Shown: positions 1-11,007 of the stretch, piece by piece
Numbering within the stretch: the stretch's first letter is position 1
Layout of the letters: each line of letters opens with the position of its first letter
Assembly: GCA_963833985.1 (NCBI GenBank)
Contig: CAWIAD010000002.1
Coordinates: 2,560,001 to 2,624,000, forward strand
Length of the DNA: 64,000 bases
Source: an uncultured Planctomycetaceae bacterium
Lineage (GTDB): Bacteria > Planctomycetota > Planctomycetia > Isosphaerales > Isosphaeraceae
Direction: 5' to 3'
The notes under the pieces: generated by a model
Databases searched by the model: none
What the model saw: the letters and a program-made list of their open reading frames with translations, nothing else
Told to the model about the DNA's origin: nothing
Position numbers and translations under genes: made by a program

Positions 1-258
1 CGCGTTCCTCGGCCGGCAAGAGTGACCATCGCGGTGGGTGAAACGTGCGTCTTTCCCGGCTCACCACACGCCACGCGGCCTCCGCGTGGAATCGCCCAGC
101 GGTTTATGGAGCAGGTTCAATCACAGGTTGCACACCTGTCCGGAGAGTCCGTGCCCGCACCACGCCGACGCCCGGGTGAGGATCTCCGTGATCGACTTCA
201 TCACACCCGGCTGGCTGAAGCAGAGCCGTCAGCTCCCGCCCGACCTGCTGGACCCTGA
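1..258 (+). CDS. 3' end of a gene truncated by the window edge, possibly a lysophospholipid acyltransferase
   Basis: Frame is open from base 1 (RVPRPARVTIAVGE...FMEQVQSQVAHL) to TGA at 256-258. This resembles the C-terminal tail of PlsC-type acyltransferases, but the catalytic motif is outside the window. Confidence 0.35.
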   Translation, partial: RVPRPARVTIAVGETCVFPGSPHATRPPRGIAQRFMEQVQSQVAHLSGESVPAPRRRPGEDLRDRLHHTRLAEAEPSAPARPAGP

Positions 259-436
259 CAGCCTGGCATGAACCTGCGTGGGACCCGTGGAGCGCCTCCG
301 TGGAGATGGGTCAATATGGGCGTTCGAGGCATGCTCGCGCTGTAGATTCAAGGGCTTCCTGGAACACATCCTGCGGAGCCGAGTTTTTCACCGGAAAATG
401 GGATCCATGCGCGGTTCGATGAGGTGTCGAACGACT

Positions 437-3282
437 TCAGCGGCGCGTCGACTGGGCCAGGCTCGCGCCTCCATGTGCTTTCTCGAGCGCCCTGGAGAGG
501 AAGTCCGCGAACACTTCGGGTGCGTTGTAGCCGCCCATCGCCGAGACCAGCTTGCCATCGGGCGAGAGCACCACGTAGAACGGGTTCGTCGCTTCCTGCG
601 TGAGGTCGAGCTGGAGGTTCTGGTTCTTCGTGGCCAGTTCCCTGCGCTGGGCCGAGCTGAGCGTGCCGATCTCCACGAAGTCGGTGTAAAGCTGAATGGT
701 GACGAACTGGGAAAGGAGCTTGACCACTTCGGGCCTGGGCAGCACGCGATACTCCATGAGCCGGCAATTGGAGCAGTTCACGCCGGTGAAGTCGATCAGG
801 ATGGGCTTCTTCTGCTCGGCCGCCAGCTCCCTGGCCTGCTCGAAGCTGAGGCCCCAGACGACCCCGTGCACCTTCTTCTCTTCCCGCTCCGCGACTGCCG
901 GATCGGTTGACGTGGCCTTGACCGCGACGGGACCGGCGGCCTGCGTGGCGCTGCCGCTCGAGCCCGCGACGACCGTCTGGGCCGGTGCGCTGAACTCCGC
1001 GGCGTCCGGCGGCAGGATGCCCACGATCACGCGGTCCCAGAGAAGGCCTTGCGGGGGCCTGCTGAACAGCGCAGGGGCCATGTAGAGCGCCAGTCCCAGG
1101 AAGAGCGTGCCGAAGACCATCCGGCCGGGTCCCACCTTCGCCACGTCATGATCGTGGTCCGTGCGGAAGAAGCCCAGCAGGTAGAACCCGCAGACCGCCG
1201 ACAGCACGACCCAGGCGGTCACGACGACCTGGGCGTCGCACCAGGCGTTCTCGGCGGTCACGAAGCCCAGCTCGGCGGTGTTGAGAAACTTCAGGGCCGC
1301 GCCGATCTCGACCAGCCCGCCCACGACCTTCACCGCGTTCATCCAGTCACCGCTGCGCGGCAGGCTTGCCAGCAGTCCCGGGCTCAGCGCCAGCAGCAAG
1401 AACGGCAAGGCCAGCACGGTGGAGAACGTGGCCAGGCCGAGGATCGGATAGAGGAAGTTGCCGTTCGCGGCCATGATCAGCAGTCCCCCCACCACGGGGA
1501 ACGTGCAGGTGAACGACGTGATGGTCAGGGTCAAAGCCATGAACACCACTCCAACAAGCCCGCCCCGGCTCTCACCGCGCGCCGAGGCATTGAGCAGGAA
1601 GTTCGGCAGGCGGATCTCGAAGAGCCCGAGCAGGCTCAGGCCGAAGGCGATGAAGAGCGCGGCGACGCCCAGGTTGAGCCACGGGTTGTTGGCCAGGTTT
1701 TGCAGGAATGAGGGCGAGAACGCGAAGGAGAAGAAGACGCCCACGGCGGTGAACACGGCGATGATCGCCAGGCAGTAGGTGATCGCCAGGCCGGTCGTGC
1801 TCGTCTTGCCCTTGCCGTCCTTGCCCCCCTGTCCCTGCTTGACGAAGAAGTTCACGGTGATGGGAACCATGGGCCAGACGCAGGGCATGAGCAGCGCGAA
1901 GAGCCCGCCCAGGGCCGATGCAAGGAGGAACGGCACGAGCCCCTCCTGCGCCTTCCGCGCGATCTCGCTCACCGGCGGTGCCGGCACGGGGGCAGGAGCG
2001 GGCGCGGGCACGGGTGCGGGCTCCGGCGCGGTCGCCGCGGTCGATGGGGTCCCAGCGCCGGGGCCGGTTGAGGAGCCGCCCGCGGGGGCTGCCGTGGCAG
2101 GCTGCCGCGCTGGAACGGGGGCCGCGGCCACCGGTGTTCGGGCGCTGGCCGGGGCCGGCGGTGCCGCGGAACCAGAAGCTGGCGGCAGGATGTTCAGGCT
2201 GACGTCGGCCAGTGTCCAGCGGCCCGGCGGGAAGCACGACTGGTTGGTGCAAACCTGGTACCCGGCCTGGCAGCGCAGCGTCCGCCGCCCAGGCGCTGCG
2301 TCCGGGGGTATGGTCAGCGTGGTGCTCCAGGCGACCTCGTTCTCGAAGTATTCGATGACCTGGTTGTCGAACGCCGGCTCGGGTTTCGCCTCGGGCGGAT
2401 GGTCGGGCTTCCATTCCCCCGAGACCTTGAGACCGGCGGGGTCGAAGAAGTCAAACGTCGTGGGAATCGGCCCCGGCTGGCTCTGGTTTTCCTTGCCCAC
2501 GGCGTAGATGTGCAGGCCGGGCTCGAGCCGTACGGCGATCTTGTACGTGACCGAATCGCCGGGCCGCGCCTCGGCCGGCTCGACCGACGGCGTCATGGTG
2601 ACGCCCTTCGACCGGATCCGCTCCGAGCTATCCTTCTGCGCGGGGGCCGGAGACTTGAGTGCGGTTTCCTGTGCCGGCTTCGGCGGCTCGGCCGCGGCAG
2701 CGGTGGAACCCAGGACGGTGAGCGTGGCTTCGGGCAGCGTCCACCGGCCAGGAAAGCTGCAACTCTGGGCATTGCAGATCTGGTAGCTGGCCTGGCAACG
2801 GATCACCTTCTTGCCCGGGGCGATGCCGGCGGGGACCTTGAGCGGAATACTCCAGGTGACCTGATCCTCGAAGTACTCGAAGACCTGGTTCTCGAAGGCT
2901 GGTTCGGCCCTGGATTCCGGCTTGCGGTCCGCCTTCCAGCCGCCCGCGACCTCCAGCCCGCCGGTGTCGAAGAGGTCGAAGACCGTCTTCCGTGGGCCGT
3001 CCCCTTCCTGGGTCTTCGCCTGTGTGTAGACGTGCCATCCGGGATGGAGCCTGGCCGTGATCTTGAGCGTGACCGTGTCGCCCGGACGTGCCTCGGCCGG
3101 CACGATCGAAGTCGTCAACTCCACGTCCTTGGGCCGGGCGCGCGTCGGGCTGTCCTTCTGGGCCGGCCGGGGAGGCTCGTCCCCCGCGCGGTGGCAGGAC
3201 CGCCCAACCAACCGCAGACCAGCACCAGGCAAGCCACCACGTGACCGACATGGAAACGACTGCCGTGTGGACGGAGAGCCAT
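437..3282 (-). CDS. dsbD: Protein-disulfide reductase DsbD-like (two N-terminal DsbD-alpha-like domains, CcdA-type membrane domain, C-terminal thioredoxin); one apparent indel near 3183
   Basis: LMPCVWPMVP and TSFTCTFP membrane cysteines; DFTGVNCSNC thioredoxin motif. The signal peptide MALRPHG...PATARG starts at ATG 3282 in another frame and joins at a G homopolymer. Confidence 0.85.
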
Positions 3283-3665
3283 GGCGAGGATCCTCAGAAA
3301 ACCGGGCGGCGACCCGCGACCGTGGGAGCGGCTTGACCTAGCTCATGTTAAGGCGTTCCTGCCGCGGGGACAAGGCAAGCAGCCGCGCGGCCATGCCTCG
3401 GTGTGCGCCATTCCATGAATCGTCGGCGACCTGAAGACGGCTCGTGGTACTGGATTCCAATCTTGTCGCTTCAATCATGATCGATGTACTTCTGTACTGC
3501 GCAGTGCACCGGTTCGCATTGACCGGTGGCCGGAAGTTGCCTACCATGCCCGCCCGCTCCGGCTGGTTCACACCCTGCGCCTCTCACACCTGTGCCTGCG
3601 ACCGCACGGAGCCCGACCATCTGCGTCAGAGCCGGTTGTTTTTCTCGTCCGCGAGACACGATCCG

Positions 3666-4322
3666 ATGCGCAAGCTGCCGTTGGCCCTGATGTTCCTGAC
3701 GAGCGCGGGAGTGGCGAGCTGGCTGGTCCTGCTGGATCGTCAGAACCGGCTGCACTGGGACCACTGGGATGTGGTCAAGCCGGGAGTCCTCTACCGCAGT
3801 GGCCAGCTCACGAGCGCCCAGCTCACCGAGGCCGTCAAGCGCTACGGTCTGCGTACCGTGGTGAACTTTCAATTGCCCGGTAAGGAGATGGAGACCGAGC
3901 GCGCCCTGGCCGCCAGCCTGGGCATCGGCTTCGTGAATCTGCCGATGCCTGGCGACGGACTCGGCGAGGAGACCCAGTTCCGCAAGGTGCTCGAGATCCT
4001 CGACGATCCCGAGCGGCAGCCGGTGCTGGTGCACTGCGCCCGGGGAACGTGCCGCACCGGCTCGGCCGTGGCTCTGTACCGCTACGAGCGCGACGGCTGG
4101 ACCATTCAGGACGTGGCGGCGGAGCTGCGGCGCCAGACCTATCGCGACGGTCACATCGCGGGATACATCTACGCGATGGCCAGGACCAAGCCGTCGCTGG
4201 CACTGCATCATCCGGTGACCATCGAGGACCGCAACGACGTGCGCCCGCGGACGGCGGCGGGACCGCCCCCCGAGGTACCCGCCGGCAACGGCAGGGGGAA
4301 GGAAGTGGCCGATGCACCATGA
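3666..4322 (+). CDS. Dual-specificity / tyrosine protein phosphatase family (CX5R)
   Basis: LYRSGQ and VLVHCARGTCRTG P-loop; N-terminal hydrophobic anchor. Confidence 0.85.
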   Translation: MRKLPLALMFLTSAGVASWLVLLDRQNRLHWDHWDVVKPGVLYRSGQLTSAQLTEAVKRYGLRTVVNFQLPGKEMETERALAASLGIGFVNLPMPGDGLGEETQFRKVLEILDDPERQPVLVHCARGTCRTGSAVALYRYERDGWTIQDVAAELRRQTYRDGHIAGYIYAMARTKPSLALHHPVTIEDRNDVRPRTAAGPPPEVPAGNGRGKEVADAP

Positions 4323-5961
4323 TCTGGCAAGGGCAGGGCTCCTCCGGAGGCGGCGGGTCTTCCGCGTGGACGGGGGACGCATACGCATCGGGGCGTCGCG
4401 CATCGAGACGCTGGCGGCTCCGCTGCTGCTGGCGATGGCCGCTGGATTCGTGCTGCTTGGCGGGGCAAGTCTGGACCTGGGTCAGACGGATGCTCGGCTG
4501 GGAATCGCCGCGGGCGAGCCGCTGGGGCCGCTGGGCCAGGTGTTCGGCTCGTGGGCACCGGATCTCTGGCCGGCGCGGGTGCTTGCCGGCCAGGTCGCCA
4601 CGTTCCTGGAGGGAGGCAGGCATCCGGGGCCCGGCTCGGTGCTCTGGCCCGCCGCCCTGGCCGCGGCCGCCATCGGCTGGACGATCTCCCGCCGCCTCAT
4701 GGCGGTCTCCGGACCCCGGGCCGGCCTGGCCTTTGGCCTTTGCTGGTTTGGCTGCCTGGGCGCCATCGATCATTCCGGAAGCGCGGGCCTGGAGTTCGTC
4801 TCCGGCCTCGCAATCGTCGCGGCCGTCGATCGCTTGCTGGCACACGGTGCCGACTGGAAGACCGGGACCTGGACGGCCCTTGCGTTCTGCTGTGGAGGCT
4901 GGTCGCCCGTCGTCCTGATCCTGCTCATCGTGCTGGTGATCGGCCGGCGCGAGTCGAGCTTTTCGGCGCGATTGCTGGTTCCCCCGCTGGCCACGGCGGT
5001 CGTCTGGTCGATCTGGGCCTTCCGCTCGGCCTCGGCCGAAGCGTGGGCGGCCGCGCTTGTCTTCCCGCTCACCCAGCGCCCAGACTGGTGGCTGGGACTG
5101 AAGGTGCTGGGCCTGGGTCTGCCCTTCTCGCTGCTGGCCGCCATGTCCTTTTGCCGCGAGGTCCGCGATCATTCCGGCGCGGACGCACGGCGGATGACTG
5201 TCGGGTGGCTGCAAGCGGCACTCGCCTGCACGATTGCCGGCACGGTCGTCCCCGGTCTGTCCCAGGCGGCGCGCGTCCCGGCGCTGGCGGGCGTTCTGGT
5301 GCTTTCCTGTACGGTGCTGGAGGCCGCATGGGCGGGCGCTCAGACCAGGGCGGTCCGCCGCGGGTTCCTGGGCCTGTGCTTCGCCCTGGCCGCCCTCTGG
5401 CTCGTTCCCCTGCTCTATGGCAGCTACCTGTGGCTGGTGGTCTTCCCCTATTACCGTCCCGTCGGCATCGCGGTCGTGCTCGTGAGCCTGCCGGCGCTCG
5501 TTCTCTGCTGGAGTGCCATGGACACAGGCCGCACGCGCCGGGGTGCGGTCGTGCTTGTGCTTTTGACCGTCGCCCTCAAGCTGGCACACTGGGGCTACTA
5601 TGTTCCGGAACTGAACTACCGCTCCGGGCAGGGGCCCTGGGGCCGGGCCATCGGCCAGTGGCTGCTGCCTCAGTGGACGCTCTACACCTTCCATGACTGG
5701 CCGGAGGACCTGGCCTTCGCCACCGGACGGCGGATGCGCCAGCTTCGCAGCCCCCGGCATCTGGCTTTTGAGGAGCCAGGCCACGCCAAGCACGTCTTGC
5801 TGCTCGCCTCCGAGTACGAGCACTGGCCCGAGGATGCCCCCGCCGTGAGCGTGGTCGCCACGTTTCAGGACCAGGACGGCGCCCGGCGCGTGGTCGCTCG
5901 CACCGCAGGAGTGCTGGTGACACCCACCGGCGCGCTGCCCGAAATCGATGCCGATCGCTAG
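4312..5961 (+). CDS. Polytopic membrane protein, ArnT/GT-C glycosyltransferase-like
   Basis: 549 aa with about 12 hydrophobic segments and a soluble C-terminal domain; overlaps the phosphatase stop codon (operon-like). Confidence 0.55.
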   Translation: MHHDLARAGLLRRRRVFRVDGGRIRIGASRIETLAAPLLLAMAAGFVLLGGASLDLGQTDARLGIAAGEPLGPLGQVFGSWAPDLWPARVLAGQVATFLEGGRHPGPGSVLWPAALAAAAIGWTISRRLMAVSGPRAGLAFGLCWFGCLGAIDHSGSAGLEFVSGLAIVAAVDRLLAHGADWKTGTWTALAFCCGGWSPVVLILLIVLVIGRRESSFSARLLVPPLATAVVWSIWAFRSASAEAWAAALVFPLTQRPDWWLGLKVLGLGLPFSLLAAMSFCREVRDHSGADARRMTVGWLQAALACTIAGTVVPGLSQAARVPALAGVLVLSCTVLEAAWAGAQTRAVRRGFLGLCFALAALWLVPLLYGSYLWLVVFPYYRPVGIAVVLVSLPALVLCWSAMDTGRTRRGAVVLVLLTVALKLAHWGYYVPELNYRSGQGPWGRAIGQWLLPQWTLYTFHDWPEDLAFATGRRMRQLRSPRHLAFEEPGHAKHVLLLASEYEHWPEDAPAVSVVATFQDQDGARRVVARTAGVLVTPTGALPEIDADR

Positions 5962-6213
5962 ACTGCATGCGCCTGGCCGAGGCCGCGTCTGCGCCGGTTC
6001 TGTCAAACCTGGAGCGCATGCATGCCTGCGGAATATCGACCGAGGTGGTCACCAGGGCTCGCTTCCATCGTATGTTTCGTGGAGAATTTACGCAAGAACG
6101 ACGGTCAGGCCAACGAATCGTTCTGGGGCATCCAGACCAGAGACGGAACCGCCGGGGAAGCGAGGCTCGGCTAGAGCATACACGCAACTACTGCCTCGGG
6201 AGGTTTCCTGACG

Positions 6214-7116
6214 ATGCTAGCCAGGTTGAAGGAAATGTTCGCGGCCGGCCCCTCGGCGCCGGGAGACGCTCCGCGCAGCCGGGTGGACGTGCAGCGTCGT
6301 TTCACCATCCTCGCCGATGCATCCAGCCAAGGAAGCATGTCGCGCGTCTACAAGGCCTTCGACCGGGAAACCGGGCGCACGATCTGCCTCAAGGTGCAGC
6401 ACCGCGAGAAGAACGCCGCGGCAGCCGCGCGGGCCTCACGCGAGGAGAGCCGGCCCCCGGAAGGTGCCATTGCCATTGCGGTCGTACACCCCCATGTGGT
6501 TCGCACCCTCGAATACGGATCCACGAGCGGGGGCGAACAGTACCTGGTCATGGACTACATTGACGGCCACAGCTTCCAGTACCTGCGCGACCTCAAGCTC
6601 GGCCGGACCGCGCAGAAGGTCGAGTGGCTGGCGCAGGCGGCCGAGGGCCTGGCCGCGGTTCATGCCGCGGGGTTCATCCACCACGACGTGAATCCGCGCA
6701 ACTTCCTGCTGAACCGCGAGCACCAGGTCAAGCTCATCGATTTCGGACTTGCCGTCCCCAACACGGCGGCATTCCGGGGGCCCGGAAACCGCACCGGAAC
6801 CCTCCAGTACATGGCCCCCGAGCTGATTCGCCGCGAACCGATCGACGAGCGTATCGATATCTTCAGCTTCGGCGTTCTGGCCTTCGAGCTGCTCACCGAC
6901 CGGCTCCCCTACGTGGCCACCAACTCCACGGCCACGATGATCCAGCGCATCAACGCCGAACCGCTCGAGGCCGCCCAGGTGAAGCCCAAGCTTTCCGACG
7001 AGCTCAGCAACCTGCTCCGCAAGCTGACGGCGCGGAAGCTCGATGATCGCTGGCCTGCCATGGCCACCGTGGCCGAGGCGCTCCGCTCGGTTCCCCCGAA
7101 ACGGCCCAAAGCCTGA
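6214..7116 (+). CDS. Hanks-type Ser/Thr protein kinase (kinase domain only)
   Basis: GSMSRVYKA, ICLK, HHDVNPRN, DFG, GTLQYMAPE and DIFSFG subdomains. Confidence 0.9.
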   Translation: MLARLKEMFAAGPSAPGDAPRSRVDVQRRFTILADASSQGSMSRVYKAFDRETGRTICLKVQHREKNAAAAARASREESRPPEGAIAIAVVHPHVVRTLEYGSTSGGEQYLVMDYIDGHSFQYLRDLKLGRTAQKVEWLAQAAEGLAAVHAAGFIHHDVNPRNFLLNREHQVKLIDFGLAVPNTAAFRGPGNRTGTLQYMAPELIRREPIDERIDIFSFGVLAFELLTDRLPYVATNSTATMIQRINAEPLEAAQVKPKLSDELSNLLRKLTARKLDDRWPAMATVAEALRSVPPKRPKA

Positions 7117-7165
7117 ACCGGCGGGCGCGGTGCAACGCCCGGCTTCGGCTCGTCTCGCGTCCTCT

Positions 7166-8057
7166 TCACAGGGCCCGCCGGACCGCGTGGATGACCCTCG
7201 GGTGCTTGTGCAGGTCGTGGATCGTCGGCGCGACGCGAAATCGCGCCCTGCGCCTCCAGCAGGGAGCGGACGGGCTGCTCCTGGGCCGTGCCGATCTCCA
7301 GGATCAGGTGCCCCTCGGGCCGCAGCGCCGAGGCGGACTGCTCGATGAGCCGGGCGACCACGCGCAGACCATCGCCCCCTCCGTCGAGCGCTCCGTGCGG
7401 TTCGTGCTCGCGCACGCCGGCCTCCAGCGTCGGGATCACCGTGGTCGGGATATAAGGCGGGTTGGAAACAATGATGTCGAACGCTGGCTCGCCGGCGGCC
7501 GGCTCCAGCAGGTCCCCCAGGCGGAAGTCGATGCGATCCGCCACGCCGTGCCGCACCGCGTTCTTGCGGGCCAGCGCCAGCGCGGACGGGGAACAATCCG
7601 TCGCCACGAAACGGGCCGAAGGATGCTGGTGTGTGCAGGCGATGGCCAGGCACCCCGAGCCTGTTCCCACGTCGGCGGCCCGCGGCTGTTCCATCGCCCG
7701 GGCCAGCTCGAGGAACTCGACGACCACGAACTCGGTCTCGGGACGCGGGATGAGGACGGCGGGCGAGACTTCCAGGGTCAGCGAATAGAATTCCTTGCGC
7801 CCCACGAGGTACGCCACGGGTGCTCCCCCGGCGCGGCAGCGCACCAGCTCGCGGTAGGCCCCGCGTGCCTGCTCGCCCGTTTCCTCGTCGTAATGCGTAT
7901 AGAGCTGTACCCGCTGCCACTCGAGCACGTGCGCCAGCAGAACCTCGGCGTCCAGCCGCGGGCTCTCCGACCCGCGCTTGCGCAGGTAGTCGGTGGTCCA
8001 GGCGAGAAGCCGTCCGATCGTCCAGGGTTCCGTTGCAATCTTCTCGTCGCCGGACAC
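7166..8057 (-). CDS. prmC: Release factor glutamine methyltransferase; apparent indel near 7240
   Basis: SPRLDAEVLL, VLIPRPETE, DVGTGSG and SNPPY motifs; directly downstream of prfA. The C-terminus DLHKHPRVI lies in a shifted frame ending at TGA 7166. Confidence 0.93.
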
Positions 8058-8083
8058 GGAATCCTCCCGATGTCCCACACAGG

Positions 8084-9151
8084 TCACGTGTCGCCAAGCT
8101 GCTCGCGGCGGTCGTGGTCGACGAGCGCCCTGGTCAATGACAGCAGATCGCCCTGGATCACCTGGTCCAGGTTGTAGAGCGTCAGGCCGATGCGATGGTC
8201 GGTGACCCGGTTCTGGGGAAAGTTGTACGTGCGAATGCGCTGGGAGCGATCTCCCGAGCCGATCAAGGTGCGCCGGGCGTGGTCGCGCTGGGACCGCGCT
8301 TTTTCCTGGATCTGGTCGTAGAGCCGGCTGCGGAGGATGCGCATGGCCTTGGTCTTGTTCTTGTGCTGGCTGCGCTCGTCGCGGCAATTGACCACCAGGC
8401 CGCTCGGCAGATGGGTGATGCGCACGCCGCTCTCGGTCTTGTTCTGGTGCTGGCCGCCCGGTCCTCCGGAACGCATCACGTCGATCTGCAAGTCCTCGGT
8501 ACGGATGTCGATCTCGACGTCCTCGGGTTCGGGCAATACGGCCACCGTGGCGGCCGAGGTGTGGATCCTCCCCTGGGTCTCGGTTTGCGGCACGCGCTGC
8601 ACGCGGTGTCCCCCGCTCTCGAACTGGAGATGCCGGAAGACGCTTTCACCGGCAAGGCTGAATGACACCTCGCGAAAGCCGCCCAGCTCGGTCGGCTCCA
8701 TGTCCATGACCTCGAACTTCCAGCCCATGGTGTCGGAGAAGCGGCGGTACATCTCGTAGAGATCTCGTGCGAAGAGCGCAGCCTCGTCGCCGCCGGTACC
8801 GGCACGGATCTCCATGATCAAGGCCGCGTGGTCCGCGCCCGCTTCGCGATCATAGATCAGGTCCCGCAGCGCCTCGCCTTCGGCCGCGTGCCGCTGCCGC
8901 AAGCTTTCCAGCTCGGCCTCCGCGTACGACCGCATTTCCGGGTCTGTCTCGGTTGCGGAAAGTCCCTCCGCCTCGCTGACTTGCCTTCCGAGCTCAAGGT
9001 AGCGCCCGTAGGCCACGGCGGCCTTGGCAAGCTTGCCTCGCTCCTTGGCCAGGGCCGTGACGCGCGCCACGTCGGCCGTGACCTCGGAATCAAGCAACAG
9101 GCGCTCGATCTCGAGGAACCTCTGGTAATCGGCCTGGAGCTTCTCGAACAC
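8084..9151 (-). CDS. prfA: Peptide chain release factor 1
   Basis: [21 protein letters not shown] (PxT), [22 protein letters not shown] start at 9151. Confidence 0.97.
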   Translation of the reverse strand: MFEKLQADYQRFLEIERLLLDSEVTADVARVTALAKERGKLAKAAVAYGRYLELGRQVSEAEGLSATETDPEMRSYAEAELESLRQRHAAEGEALRDLIYDREAGADHAALIMEIRAGTGGDEAALFARDLYEMYRRFSDTMGWKFEVMDMEPTELGGFREVSFSLAGESVFRHLQFESGGHRVQRVPQTETQGRIHTSAATVAVLPEPEDVEIDIRTEDLQIDVMRSGGPGGQHQNKTESGVRITHLPSGLVVNCRDERSQHKNKTKAMRILRSRLYDQIQEKARSQRDHARRTLIGSGDRSQRIRTYNFPQNRVTDHRIGLTLYNLDQVIQGDLLSLTRALVDHDRREQLGDT

Positions 9152-9210
9152 GTGAACGCAAGTCCTGTGACGTCGATTCAGAACCGGCCAGCACACTGAC
9201 GGCGCACGGC

Positions 9211-9270
9211 AAAACCGAGACGGCCCGCCCAGCCGCGTCCTCTCGAACGCGGTGCCGGGCGGGCCGTCTC
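9211..9270 (-). terminator. Putative intrinsic terminator or attenuator between rpmE and prfA
   Basis: Perfect 14-bp inverted repeat GAGACGGCCCGCCC (9217-9230) / GGGCGGGCCGTCTC (9257-9270), followed on the minus strand by GGTTTT. Confidence 0.55.
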
Positions 9271-9288
9271 AGGCTCTGGCAAGCGGCT

Positions 9289-9531
9289 CTAGGCCTTTGT
9301 GGCCTCGGCCTTCTCTTTCTTGGCCTTGCCGTAGGTGCCCATGAACTTCTTGTTGAACTTGTCAACCCGTCCGGCGGCGTCCACGAACTTTACCGAACCG
9401 GTGAAGAACGGATGACACTTGGAGCAAACCTCGACCATGATCTTCGCCTTGGTGCTGCGCGTATTGAAGGTGTTCCCACAACCGCAGGTCACCACGCAAT
9501 CGACATATTTGGGATGGATGCCGTCTTTCAT
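9289..9531 (-). CDS. rpmE: 50S ribosomal protein L31 (zinc-binding type)
   Basis: [31 protein letters not shown]. Confidence 0.97.
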   Translation of the reverse strand: MKDGIHPKYVDCVVTCGCGNTFNTRSTKAKIMVEVCSKCHPFFTGSVKFVDAAGRVDKFNKKFMGTYGKAKKEKAEATKA

Positions 9532-9659
9532 ATCAATCCGTCTGGGTTTGGAAGGATCGGACGCATCACCTGCCATGTTCACTACGATGGAGGCCGGAGG
9601 CAGGTTCAACTTCAGAACGATTCATACTATCAGGCAGGTACCTGCCTTCCCAAGAGCAA

Positions 9660-10232
9660 TTATTGTTTCGCACCGGGCGCCTTGGCCCCGTCAAACAACG
9701 CGATCAGCTCTTTTTCCACCTCGTCATAGGTGAACTGGTTATTCGGATCATCCATTGTGAACCGTTTCACTTCCTTGCCGTCAGCACCGAAGATGAAGAC
9801 GGCCGGGATGGTGTTGATGTTCAGCCGGTCAAAGCCGTCACCATAGGTCTCGTCGAGCAGAACGTTGGTGAAGACCGCCTTTTTCTGACGCAGGAATTTC
9901 TCGGCCTCGGCCACCGCCTTGGCGTCGGTAGGGTCGTCCAGGGTCAGCGAGATCACCGCAAGGCCCTTTGCCGCGTACTTCCGGTGCATCTCGATGAGGT
10001 GCGGGAAATTCTCCTTGCACGGCCCACACGTCGTGGCCCAGGCGTCGACCAGAGTGTATTTCGCCCGCCCGCCCGCGGCCAGCCGCTCCTTGAATTGAGC
10101 CCATTTCAGGGTCTCCAGCTTCACGTTTCCGCTCGAAGCCAGATCTTCGGCCGCGAGACGGCCAGCAAGACCGCCGAGCACAATCTGCGCGGTCAGCAAG
10201 CAGGGCGCGAGCAAGACGGCGATCAACCGCAT
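9660..10232 (-). CDS. TlpA-family thiol-disulfide oxidoreductase, secreted
   Basis: Signal peptide; VDAWATTCGPC CxxC motif; cis-Pro loop TIP. Confidence 0.85.
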   Translation of the reverse strand: MRLIAVLLAPCLLTAQIVLGGLAGRLAAEDLASSGNVKLETLKWAQFKERLAAGGRAKYTLVDAWATTCGPCKENFPHLIEMHRKYAAKGLAVISLTLDDPTDAKAVAEAEKFLRQKKAVFTNVLLDETYGDGFDRLNINTIPAVFIFGADGKEVKRFTMDDPNNQFTYDEVEKELIALFDGAKAPGAKQ

Positions 10233-10389
10233 GGCAATTCTCCTGGCGGGATCCTCAGTGAGCAAGGTCGATGGAAGCGTTCCGCGGCGAAAGCAATGGG
10301 CGAGAAGAGCCGCCGGTGGCTTCCGGCGGCCCTTCCGAATTCACGTTGGCGGATCGAGTCGCGAAGCCGAGAGCTGCGCGAATTCGATC

Positions 10390-11007
10390 TCAGTTGCTCT
10401 TCTTGTATTGAATACCGCAACCGATGGCCTTGGTCTCGTCGACCGCGGGGGCCTTGCCGGCGAGGAGTGCATCCACCGCGTCGCGCAGATAATGCTTGGT
10501 GGCCTTCGCCTCGTCCATGACGTTGTTGTCCATCGCCCCCATGTAGCGGATCTTCCGCTCCTTGTCGAGGACGAAGAAGTTCGGCGTGGCCGTCGCACCG
10601 TAGGCGCGGCCAATCGCCTGGGTCTCATCGTATCCGTAAGTGTAATTGAGCTTCTTCTCCTTCGTCATCCGCTCCTTGATGCCCGGCAGACGGTCCTCGT
10701 CATGGCCCAGGTCGACGCAGACGCCCACGAGTTTGACCGGCTTGTCCTTGTAGTCGATCGCGAAATCGATGATCCGGTCATCGGCAGCCTGCACGGCAGG
10801 GCAGTGATTGGCCAGGAAGACCAGGACGACCACGTCTTCCTTCAGGTCGGAGAGCGAGAGACTGGTTTGCTCTCCATTGGGAGCGTAGGCGGGAATGCCC
10901 GAGAAAGTAGGGGCCTGGTCGCCGACCTTGACGGCCTTGTTGTAATGATCGGCGAAGGCGGGAACGCCCAGGGCAACAACCGCCAGGCTGAGAAGAATCT
11001 TCCGCAT
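10390..11007 (-). CDS. Redoxin (AhpC/TSA-like thioredoxin family), secreted
   Basis: Signal peptide; VGDQAPTF, FLANHCPAV, YGATATP, YMGAMD and C-terminal AIGCGI. Confidence 0.85.
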   Translation of the reverse strand: MRKILLSLAVVALGVPAFADHYNKAVKVGDQAPTFSGIPAYAPNGEQTSLSLSDLKEDVVVLVFLANHCPAVQAADDRIIDFAIDYKDKPVKLVGVCVDLGHDEDRLPGIKERMTKEKKLNYTYGYDETQAIGRAYGATATPNFFVLDKERKIRYMGAMDNNVMDEAKATKHYLRDAVDALLAGKAPAVDETKAIGCGIQYKKSN

